Below are positions 1 to 5,881 of a stretch of 20,422 nucleotides of DNA, in pieces. This stretch comes from an uncultured Candidatus Saccharibacteria bacterium (GTDB lineage Bacteria; Patescibacteriota; Andersenbacteria; UBA10190; CAIZMI01). The notes below the pieces were generated by a model. It saw only the letters and a program-made list of their open reading frames with translations. It had not been told where the DNA came from and searched no databases. A program made the translations under genes and the position numbers. Within the stretch, counting starts at the first letter, position 1. Every line of letters starts with the position of its first letter. The stretch covers positions 1-20,422 of the forward strand of contig CAYNDL010000016.1 in NCBI GenBank assembly GCA_964396115.1. The letters run 5' to 3'.

Positions 1-1
1 A

Positions 2-88
2 ATCATCATTATTGGAGTAGCTGCCGCCGTAGTAAATTTTGTAATCGGAGCAATAACAGGGAATATCGGAACGGGCGGGACGATTTAG
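2..88 (+). CDS. 3' end of an upstream gene (partial); hydrophobic C-terminus ...IIIIGVAAAVVNFVIGAITGNIGTGGTI*
   Basis: Open frame 2 runs from the window edge to TAG at 86-88. The peptide is Gly/Ala/Ile-rich, like a membrane segment. No start codon is visible because the gene is truncated by the window. Confidence 0.3.
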   Translation: MIIIGVAAAVVNFVIGAITGNIGTGGTI

Positions 89-94
89 GCACAA

Positions 95-122
95 GAAAAA
101 ACGGCGACCTTGCGATCGCCGT
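95..122 (-). terminator. Rho-independent terminator for the minus-strand gene 153..962
   Basis: Inverted repeat ACGGCGA(101-107)/TCGCCGT(116-122). On the minus strand it is followed by a U6 run, seen as plus-strand A95-A100. It lies 30 nt past the stop of the 153..962 gene. Confidence 0.6.
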
Positions 123-152
123 TTCGATGAAACGAACAATTAGCCTGTTTTA

Positions 153-962
153 CTACTGTGCAAAGTAGGAAACCGGTACACCCGGCGTGTACTCGTTCAC
201 GTCCAGCTGTGTCGCGCTCTTCTCGATGTTAACCGTGTAACTGCCGGGACGGATCAGGCTGGTGGAAAAAACCAACTGTCCTTCACGCGGCGTTTGACGG
301 TAGACGGAGAAGGGGCGACCTCTTTCGGTAAACGCTGTTGCCGGTGTATTCAACAAGTGGACGTTTCCGTCCATCTCGCGGACCCCAACACGAAAGTGTT
401 CGATCACTCCTTGAGTGGAGATGTAGTAGCACTCGCGTGGTCGTAGAGGCAGCTGCGTATTGATAAGCTGCTTCGGACTATTGGGACCCCCGACCGTAAA
501 CTTGAGTGTCCACCGGTTGTTACCGTGGGAGATGAGCTGAAAACCATCACCAGCCGGTACCGTTCCCGAAAAAGACGGAATGGTACTTTGTTGTCGGCCA
601 GTCGTGATCTCCTGTCGCACATCACGGATCTCCTTGCGGATATCCTGGAGCACCTCACCGGTTACTTGGCCGCCCTTCTTCACTCCACGGTCGTAGATTT
701 CGGCGGAAGACTTCTTGTAGTCCTCTCGCTTCATAGCGACGATAGGCGGCTGTGAGGACGTCGGTGTCCCGGTCGATGCGGCGTCTTCTTTCTTGTGACT
801 CCTGCTCATCGAAAAGATGGCGAGTGTCACTAAGAGAAGCAATGGGCCGGATGCCATAATGGCCAACCCTGACCATCGCGGCATATTACCGGGGGAGAAT
901 CTCCACCAGAGGACTCCGCCCAGAAATAGGGCGAAGGACAGGAAAACCAAAAAGTAGTACAT
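153..962 (-). CDS. Hypothetical membrane protein (two N-terminal TM helices, soluble C-terminal domain), co-operonic with the SPFH gene
   Basis: 269-aa ORF with 2 N-terminal hydrophobic helices. Only a 10-nt gap separates it from the upstream SPFH gene. High GC3, same as its neighbour. Confidence 0.6.
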   Translation of the reverse strand: MYYFLVFLSFALFLGGVLWWRFSPGNMPRWSGLAIMASGPLLLLVTLAIFSMSRSHKKEDAASTGTPTSSQPPIVAMKREDYKKSSAEIYDRGVKKGGQVTGEVLQDIRKEIRDVRQEITTGRQQSTIPSFSGTVPAGDGFQLISHGNNRWTLKFTVGGPNSPKQLINTQLPLRPRECYYISTQGVIEHFRVGVREMDGNVHLLNTPATAFTERGRPFSVYRQTPREGQLVFSTSLIRPGSYTVNIEKSATQLDVNEYTPGVPVSYFAQ

Positions 963-972
963 GAAGGGCCTC

Positions 973-2145
973 CTATATTGTGATTCTGAGCCTTCTCAAG
1001 AAATTGATGCCCTCGTCCAAGATTCGCTGTCTGGCGTCGGGGGCGAGGCCTTGAGTCATGCTCTCCAACAAATCCATGAAGTTCCTGCCTGATCGAGAGC
1101 CGGTTGCTGTGGCGGTGAGATTAAACAGATCAGTGGGGAAGAGGATAGCCTTTCCACCCTTCGCTGCTTCTCTCAACGTGAGCAACTTTTCTGCAAGCTG
1201 ATTCTGGGCGGTTTCGTCGCCTCCGCCGCCCCTAATCGTTGCAAACAGGATACGGCGGGCTGTTGCCTCACCTTCACCAACGCGTTCGAGCCGGTACTTC
1301 TCTCCGTCTGCCCGGTGCATCGCCGCTCTTGCTTCAATGATCGCCACCTCTTCGTTGTTGATGACAGTCCGAAGAGCATCGGGCAGCTCAACTTTGGGCA
1401 ACGACATCGATATGCATGCGGAGTCGGTGATCCCAGACCGTCGCAACGCCAAGCCGCCAGCTTTTCGGGGATCGAGAAGAGTCTCTTCGATCTCTTTCTC
1501 GATTTTGTTGCGGTCGTTGTAGACATCAACCCAAGTATGGCGGGATGCGACACGTCGCATGGCATCGTCAACTTCCGGCCGGATCAGCTCGACAAGTGCC
1601 GCGCTTACACGGCCGTCGGGCCCAATGGGGGACGGTGCGTTGACTACGGCGGGGGAAAGATGGCTGACGTCCCACTGGAAGTTAACATTTACTTCCAGGT
1701 TCAGTTCAGCCGACCCCACATTCCGTAGTTCCTTCGTCCGTCCTTTTCCTATTCTGGACTTGCCCGGCATCGTTACAACGCGTCCCACTTCTATGGGGAT
1801 CTGCTGCATCGTCATCGGGAAACGGTGGACACGGAAAAAAGGGAAGAGGAGGAACACAATTCCTGTACCGAACAATCCTTTGTCCGGCGGGGAAACAGGA
1901 ATTCGGTTACCGTGACAATCGTCACGCCACCCTCTTTTTTCGTCCTCGGTCAAAGTGACCCCGATTTCCTTCATTAGCTTGCCCAAGAGGACAGGCTTCA
2001 GGCGTTCATTCTCGCGAACAAACATCATTGAAAGGCCGATCTCTCCCAGCCCCATGAAAGTCAGAGCCCAAGACCAGGGGTTAATGAACCCGGCCAAGGC
2101 GGTCATGAGAGTGAGGATAGAGACGACCATAAAAGGGAATACCAT
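973..2145 (-). CDS. SPFH/band-7 (stomatin/prohibitin-like) domain membrane protein; the true start may be internal
   Basis: The C-terminal two thirds match the SPFH pattern: hydrophobic anchor, a beta-rich core (...VVNAPSPIGPDGRVSAALVELIRPEV...), then an Ala/Glu/Arg-rich coiled-coil (AIIEARAAMHRADGEKYRLERVGEGEATARRIL). The N-terminal ~90 aa carry extra TM helices, so the annotated start may be over-extended. C-ending codons are preferred. Confidence 0.6.
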   Translation of the reverse strand: MVFPFMVVSILTLMTALAGFINPWSWALTFMGLGEIGLSMMFVRENERLKPVLLGKLMKEIGVTLTEDEKRGWRDDCHGNRIPVSPPDKGLFGTGIVFLLFPFFRVHRFPMTMQQIPIEVGRVVTMPGKSRIGKGRTKELRNVGSAELNLEVNVNFQWDVSHLSPAVVNAPSPIGPDGRVSAALVELIRPEVDDAMRRVASRHTWVDVYNDRNKIEKEIEETLLDPRKAGGLALRRSGITDSACISMSLPKVELPDALRTVINNEEVAIIEARAAMHRADGEKYRLERVGEGEATARRILFATIRGGGGDETAQNQLAEKLLTLREAAKGGKAILFPTDLFNLTATATGSRSGRNFMDLLESMTQGLAPDARQRILDEGINFLRRLRITI

Positions 2146-2287
2146 GAGATGTTTCCTTGTCTAGTAGGTTGTCGAAGTTACAGGGGTTTCTACCGTGAAA
2201 TCGTAGCTAATTAAACTGCGATATCACGAAAGAAATGACTAATAATATACGTTAAAAAGAAGATGGTATTGTATACCTTTTTTGCGA

Positions 2288-2310
2288 TTTTGTCAATCGT
2301 ACTGACAAAA
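2288..2310. promoter_or_regulatory. Perfect 8-bp inverted repeat TTTTGTCA-N7-TGACAAAA (operator-like) in the divergent promoter region
   Basis: TTTTGTCA at 2288-2295 and TGACAAAA at 2303-2310 are exact reverse complements. They sit in the AT-rich 286-bp divergent intergenic between the SPFH gene and 2432..3175. Confidence 0.35.
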
Positions 2311-2331
2311 CAGGTAATTAATAATAAAGTA

Positions 2332-2360
2332 TTGACAAGTTTTATATTTTATGTAAAAAT
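2332..2360 (+). promoter_or_regulatory. Sigma70-like promoter candidate for 2432..3175 (TTGACA -35, A/T-rich -10 TAAAAAT)
   Basis: TTGACA at 2332-2337, a 16-nt spacer, then TAAAAAT at 2354-2360. This is about 70 nt upstream of the ATG at 2432. Confidence 0.3.
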
Positions 2361-2431
2361 GTCGGGTTCTTTCGATAACGCATATTGAGCTTACCCAACC
2401 CGTATCCTCTTGTTTAAAGGAATCGAGACTC

Positions 2432-3175
2432 ATGCCTCCGACCGACCCCAACCAGAATCCCCAGAACCCCACGCCGGACCCCAACAATACCCAGGTTCCG
2501 AACAACACGCAGGTGCCGCCGGCCGGCCCGGCCCCCGTCGTCACGCAGACGACGACCGTCCAGAGCGACCCGTCGCAGACCCCACCGAATCCGGCCACTA
2601 CGACCACGACTGATCCGGCGCCCGCCGCTGGGGCGACGGCCACTGCTCCCGCTACCGCTCGTCGTACGAGCGGATGGCTCGGCAAGGCCGTGATGGTCTT
2701 GCTGCTGCTCCTGGTTGTCGCTCTCCTCGGTATCAGCGTGGCCTTCATGCAGGACATGTACGCGCGGCGCAACGCGGCTTCCCAGTCGCAACAGCAACAA
2801 GCGAGCGAGTCGATGATCGTCCCGGCCTCCGGCGCGAAGATCGCGATGGGGAAGGAAACCTACCAACGGGCGGCGGCCACGATCCATGATCGCGGTTATG
2901 CCCAAGGCCTCAAGGTTACCGGGATCGAGATGCTGGACCTCAACAAAGCGATCGAGGTCGGCATGGAAGGTGTACGGAAGTACTCCGCCATCGAATCCGG
3001 GGTTCAGCCTCCACCTGATCCGGTGCAGACCCCCGCGAATCCGGCTGCGCCGGCCACCAAGAAGACTTCGGCAACCTTTCCGAGTGCCTTCAAATCAGTG
3101 GTCGGACAGATGGATCCGAACGCCCTCATTCGGGTCAGCGACCTGACCGCCGCAGTCACCAAGGCGGAAAAGTAG
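2432..3175 (+). CDS. Single-pass membrane protein with a Pro/Thr/Asn/Gln-rich N-terminus (NNTQVP x2, poly-Thr) and a globular C-terminal domain; no recognisable family
   Basis: 247-aa ORF. A low-complexity P/T-rich N-terminus precedes one strong TM helix (AVMVLLLLLVVALLGISVAF) and a ~150-aa ordinary-composition C-terminus. A terminator follows it. Confidence 0.6.
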   Translation: MPPTDPNQNPQNPTPDPNNTQVPNNTQVPPAGPAPVVTQTTTVQSDPSQTPPNPATTTTTDPAPAAGATATAPATARRTSGWLGKAVMVLLLLLVVALLGISVAFMQDMYARRNAASQSQQQQASESMIVPASGAKIAMGKETYQRAAATIHDRGYAQGLKVTGIEMLDLNKAIEVGMEGVRKYSAIESGVQPPPDPVQTPANPAAPATKKTSATFPSAFKSVVGQMDPNALIRVSDLTAAVTKAEK

Positions 3176-3220
3176 CGGCAGGGCTCAGAAGTGTGCGTTT
3201 TTTTGGGTCTAGAACCCAGA

Positions 3221-3249
3221 GACGCGGATGAAAGTCCGCGTCTTTTTTT
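3221..3249 (+). terminator. Rho-independent terminator
   Basis: GACGCGGA(3221-3228) tgaaag TCCGCGTC(3235-3242), followed by T7 at 3243-3249. Confidence 0.8.
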
Positions 3250-3260
3250 AAAGTTTAATA

Positions 3261-3290
3261 TTGACAGAAACCGGAAAATGGGTACATAAT
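3261..3290 (+). promoter_or_regulatory. Sigma70-like promoter (TTGACA-N18-CATAAT) for the 3345..3935 gene
   Basis: TTGACA at 3261-3266 and TACATAAT at 3283-3290. A GAGGAG Shine-Dalgarno at 3333-3338 sits 7 nt before the ATG at 3345. Confidence 0.45.
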
Positions 3291-3344
3291 CTACGTTCTG
3301 CTGTTTTTGCCAGATTGTCATGTCCTTTCCCAGAGGAGCGGTTT

Positions 3345-3935
3345 ATGTTCCGGATTTGGATGGTTGTGAGTGCTTTATTGGTGGTCGCTTCCCCTGCAAT
3401 GGGGCAGCGGTACTACCGGTCAGGCTGTGCGTCCTGTGTCGCGGTCCCCGGCCAACAGGCGGTTTGCACGAACCCGGCGGTGTGCGGAGTGCCGATGGCG
3501 ACGGCCGTCGTTCAGCCGGCACAGCCCGTGCAACCGGCAGCGACGACGGCGCCGAGTACCCTCGCGTGCCCGAAGGAAGTCGCACCTGCGGTCTCTACGG
3601 CGCCTGCGGTAGTGGCTTCTACGCCCGCCGTTACTCCACCGGCAAACTCAACGCCGGCGGCAAAGTCGTCGAAGAGCGATGCGGACGCGATCCCCTCGAT
3701 CAACCCTCTTTTGAACAAGCCGGCTAAGCAGGAACCTCCTGCGGATAAGCCGGCGGCAGCCGAACCGGCTCAGGGGCCCCCGGAGGAATTCGTGCCGAAG
3801 TCCATGGTGGAAGCCGGCCTGAAGGCGGCCTTCCAGAAGGGCATCGCCGCGGAGAAGAAGAAGTACAAGATCCTCTCGAAGAACGAGGTCGACTCGCTGA
3901 TCGAGAAGATCGTCGACGAGATGGACAAGGAATAG
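3345..3935 (+). CDS. Secreted protein: signal peptide, Cys-containing N-terminal motif, long Ala/Pro/Thr/Val-rich linker, charged amphipathic C-terminus
   Basis: The start is placed at ATG 3345 (MFRIWMVVSALLVVASPAMG...) on the basis of the promoter and SD. The six-frame ORF runs in from 3261, but that extension would cover the promoter itself. There are 4 Cys in CASCVAVPGQQAVCTNPAVC, then PA/TA repeats, then KKKYKILSKNEVDSLIEKIVDEMDKE. Confidence 0.55.
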   Translation: MFRIWMVVSALLVVASPAMGQRYYRSGCASCVAVPGQQAVCTNPAVCGVPMATAVVQPAQPVQPAATTAPSTLACPKEVAPAVSTAPAVVASTPAVTPPANSTPAAKSSKSDADAIPSINPLLNKPAKQEPPADKPAAAEPAQGPPEEFVPKSMVEAGLKAAFQKGIAAEKKKYKILSKNEVDSLIEKIVDEMDKE

Positions 3936-3976
3936 CATCTCGAAGTCCTGACCCGAGAAATCAAGGGAGTGAGGCA

Positions 3977-4001
3977 GACGGGAATAAATCCCGTCTTTTT
4001 T
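3977..4001 (+). terminator. Rho-independent terminator of the 3345..3935 gene
   Basis: GACGGGA(3977-3983) ataaa TCCCGTC(3989-3995), followed by T6. Confidence 0.75.
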
Positions 4002-4006
4002 GTATG

Positions 4007-4032
4007 AAAAAACCGGCACGCATGCGTGCCGG
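4007..4032 (-). terminator. Rho-independent terminator of the 4056..4664 gene (20-nt perfect palindrome plus U-run on the minus strand)
   Basis: CCGGCACGCATGCGTGCCGG at 4013-4032 is a perfect palindrome. It is preceded by A6 on the plus strand, which is U6 after the hairpin on the minus strand. It lies 24 nt past the minus-strand stop. Confidence 0.7.
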
Positions 4033-4055
4033 TGATCGATCTTGGTTCGAGGCGA

Positions 4056-4664
4056 CTATTCCTCGAATTTCCGGTAGTACTGGAACGTCCCTGTGGCATT
4101 CTCGGGAGCAGCCGGTTGCTGGATGATGTACGTCGGCTGGTTGATTGTGACGTTGACCGGTCGGTCGTCTTCATGAGGCGAAGCGCCGGAGCCCCAGTAG
4201 TACCATGGCCGGGATGGAACGCTGTGAGGAGGCCGGAGAAGGGGAGGTGTCCAACCACCCCAGTAGTTGCCATAGTCACCGGTGTAGTAACTCCAGAACG
4301 GAGCACCGCGATACCAGGGGAAGTACGTTCCTCCCCCAGGAACCCAACCGCCCCAACTGCTGCCGTAATTGCCGGTGTAGTGACTCCACATGGGAGCGCC
4401 CACCCTGTAGGGGACGTAGGTGCCGCCGCGCGAAACAGGTGTGCCGCCGAGGAACGACGGGGTGTGGTGAGGTACAGCTCTCACTGGACTCCCGATGTGG
4501 GTTACACCACTCGGTTTGAAGGAGGGCGCATGCGGGACACTTGGAGGACAGAAGCCGCGAGTCGGTGGATTGAACCTGACCGAGGGCGGGTGTCCAACGG
4601 GTGGTCCCGCGAACAGCGGAACCGCCATTCCAGATGCCAAGATGGTAAGAATGAACAATCGCAC
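4056..4664 (-). CDS. Secreted Gly/Tyr/Trp/Pro-rich protein with two tandem ~31-aa aromatic-glycine repeats; GTG start
   Basis: 202 aa with a signal peptide (MRLFILTILASGMAVPLFA). The repeats are GGTYVPYRVGAPMWSHYTGNYGSSWGGWVPG and GGTYFPWYRGAPFWSYYTGDYGNYWGGWTPP. A GAGGAG SD sits 8 nt before GTG at 4662-4664. A terminator follows it. The antisense ORF 4026..4709 is a GC-shadow. Confidence 0.55.
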   Translation of the reverse strand: MRLFILTILASGMAVPLFAGPPVGHPPSVRFNPPTRGFCPPSVPHAPSFKPSGVTHIGSPVRAVPHHTPSFLGGTPVSRGGTYVPYRVGAPMWSHYTGNYGSSWGGWVPGGGTYFPWYRGAPFWSYYTGDYGNYWGGWTPPLLRPPHSVPSRPWYYWGSGASPHEDDRPVNVTINQPTYIIQQPAAPENATGTFQYYRKFEE

Positions 4665-4740
4665 GGGTATTCTCCTCTGAAAAAGCGCCGGTACATCAGG
4701 AACAGGTAACGGCTATTTATACCACGTTTTATACTTTATT

Positions 4741-5076
4741 TCAAGGGGCGAGGGTTGGTAAGAATATCCTCAAAAAGTTAGGTTGCGTTTGCGGCTGTGT
4801 GACTCCGGGAGCAGCTTGGCCAGGAGCGTAGTAGTAGTTAGAAGATCCGACAGGATTATACGGAGTCATTAATCCTGGAGGGTAAGCATAAGCCGGAACG
4901 GGATCCTGAGCATATGCGTACGTTTGTAAGTACCACGTATACATTGGATCGCCTGGTTGCGTTGGCAGATATACGCCATTGTAAAAGATGGCTGCGTGTG
5001 ACAAATGCGGAAGTAACATTGCACCAGCTAGGACCGCGAGTATGAACAGGTATTTATGTAAGCGAGGAAATTTCAT
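4741..5076 (-). CDS. Small secreted Tyr/Pro-rich protein (signal peptide then YxY/PxY-rich low-complexity region)
   Basis: 111 aa. It opens MKFPRLHKYLFILAVLAGAMLLPHLSHA and continues Tyr/Pro/Gln-rich. It has the same flavour as 4056..4664 but moderate GC. No clear SD. Confidence 0.45.
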   Translation of the reverse strand: MKFPRLHKYLFILAVLAGAMLLPHLSHAAIFYNGVYLPTQPGDPMYTWYLQTYAYAQDPVPAYAYPPGLMTPYNPVGSSNYYYAPGQAAPGVTQPQTQPNFLRIFLPTLAP

Positions 5077-5146
5077 AATATGATAAAAGCATCTTATTGT
5101 GGCGGCTTGTCAATGTAAGTAATTAAACGCACACTTTATTAACTAA

Positions 5147-5227
5147 GGGCACGTGGCGGAACGGTATACGCGCATGGCTTAGGACCATGTGACGCAAGTC
5201 GTGTGGGTTCGATTCCCACCGTGCCCA
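5147..5227 (+). tRNA. tRNA-Leu (anticodon UAG), type II with long variable arm; CCA not encoded
   Basis: Manual fold. Acceptor GGGCACG/CGTGCCC is perfect. The D-stem is 3 bp with G18G19 in the loop. Anticodon stem CATGG/CCATG is perfect, and loop CTTAGGA gives U33 and anticodon TAG. The variable arm is 13 nt. T-arm is GTGGG TTCGATT CCCAC, and the discriminator is A. Confidence 0.85.
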
Positions 5228-5229
5228 CA

Positions 5230-5266
5230 CAGTAAAAAGGCTGCTTTCAGGCAGCCCTTTTTACTG
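5230..5266 (+). terminator. Strong Rho-independent terminator after the tRNA
   Basis: 15/16-nt inverted repeat CAGTAAAAAGGCTGC tttcag GCAGCCCTTTTTACTG. The GC core is followed by a U5 run. Confidence 0.7.
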
Positions 5267-5295
5267 TGTTAGAGTGAGCCAACTGCTTGGCTCAC

Positions 5296-5410
5296 GTGTG
5301 GGAATCGAAAGGCGGAGCGTTGCACGAGTTTGTGAAGCAAGGCTAGTGCCGCGAGCCAGGGTCGCTAAATTTTTCCGTCAGGAAAAATATTTGTGACCGA
5401 TTCCCACAGT
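5296..5410. repeat. Inverted pair of short tRNA T-arm-derived fragments flanking a hairpin-rich ~100-nt segment
   Basis: Minus-strand 5296-5307 is TTCGATTCCCAC, 12/12 identical to the tRNA T-loop and stem. Plus-strand 5398-5410 CGATTCCCACAGT matches the tRNA 3' region 12/13. The two pair as a 10-bp long-range helix (GTGGGAATCG/CGATTCCCAC) enclosing GCGG...CCGC and other stems. Confidence 0.3.
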
Positions 5411-5485
5411 TCTTGAACTTCTAATTAATTAAATATAAATTAGGAATCTGTCCTTTTTGTCTCCCGAAGTCACAGGATACGAATC

Positions 5486-5866
5486 ATGCTGATCCTCACT
5501 ATCCAAGGTATCCCCCAGATGAACGAGGAACTTTTGGCACGTTTCATTAGGGATTTGCAGTTCGGCATTAACAGCATCGCCGAGCTAGGAATCACTCCCA
5601 TGAACGTGACCGTGTTTATGCCGTCGGATAGGGTGCAGGAAGGTCTTGGAGACGAGCTGATATGCACCATTTACTCACTCCCAGACATCACAAAAAACGC
5701 GCTCCGCTTTCGTCTCATGAAGCATGTGTACTGGCTGATCTGCGGCTTTGCAAGAACGAATCTCGAGGAGTGCAAGAAGGTCGCTGTTGTTTTTCCTCCA
5801 ATCAACATCCGCGACCATATGGAAGGAGACCCACATACCTTTTCTGATCAACCCAGCCACGGCTAG
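5486..5866 (+). CDS. Hypothetical protein, 126 aa, no recognisable domain
   Basis: ORF with AGGA 8 nt upstream of the ATG. A clean terminator overlaps its stop. Composition is typical of the host-like moderate-GC region. Confidence 0.45.
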   Translation: MLILTIQGIPQMNEELLARFIRDLQFGINSIAELGITPMNVTVFMPSDRVQEGLGDELICTIYSLPDITKNALRFRLMKHVYWLICGFARTNLEECKKVAVVFPPINIRDHMEGDPHTFSDQPSHG

Positions 5867-5881
5867 CTCCGTGGTTTTTTT
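5857..5881 (+). terminator. Rho-independent terminator (CCACGG ctagct CCGTGG + T7); its loop contains the stop codon of 5486..5866
   Basis: Stem 5857-5862 and 5869-5874, with a T-run at 5875-5881. It overlaps the last 2 nt of the convergent glycosyltransferase gene. Confidence 0.75.

Noticed and set aside
4026-4709. 227-aa plus-strand ORF antisense to the Gly/Tyr/Trp-repeat gene, together with the other long ORFs overlapping annotated genes
   Set aside because: These are shadow ORFs. High GC suppresses stop codons in the GC-rich segment, and chance open frames run antisense to strongly supported genes. The affected ORFs include 2293..2772, 2414..2905, 2674..2889, 2886..3146, 3004..3321, 3320..3727, 3343..3585, 3370..3612, 3512..3718, 3648..4019, 3770..4306, 4205..4519, 1173..1571, 1315..1728, 1559..1915, 7661..7984, 8399..8890, 9050..9301, 10564..10908, 10859..11218, 11473..11815, 12558..12920, 18597..19024 and 19070..19688. 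None has an SD or promoter, and the true genes on the other strand have signal peptides, SDs, terminators or conserved domains.
5077-5146. Promoter for tRNA-Leu (TTGTCA at 5108-5113)
   Set aside because: No acceptable -10 hexamer at 16-19-nt spacing was found (ACACTT / CTTTAT). The tRNA is probably transcribed from a weaker promoter or one further upstream, so I did not call one.
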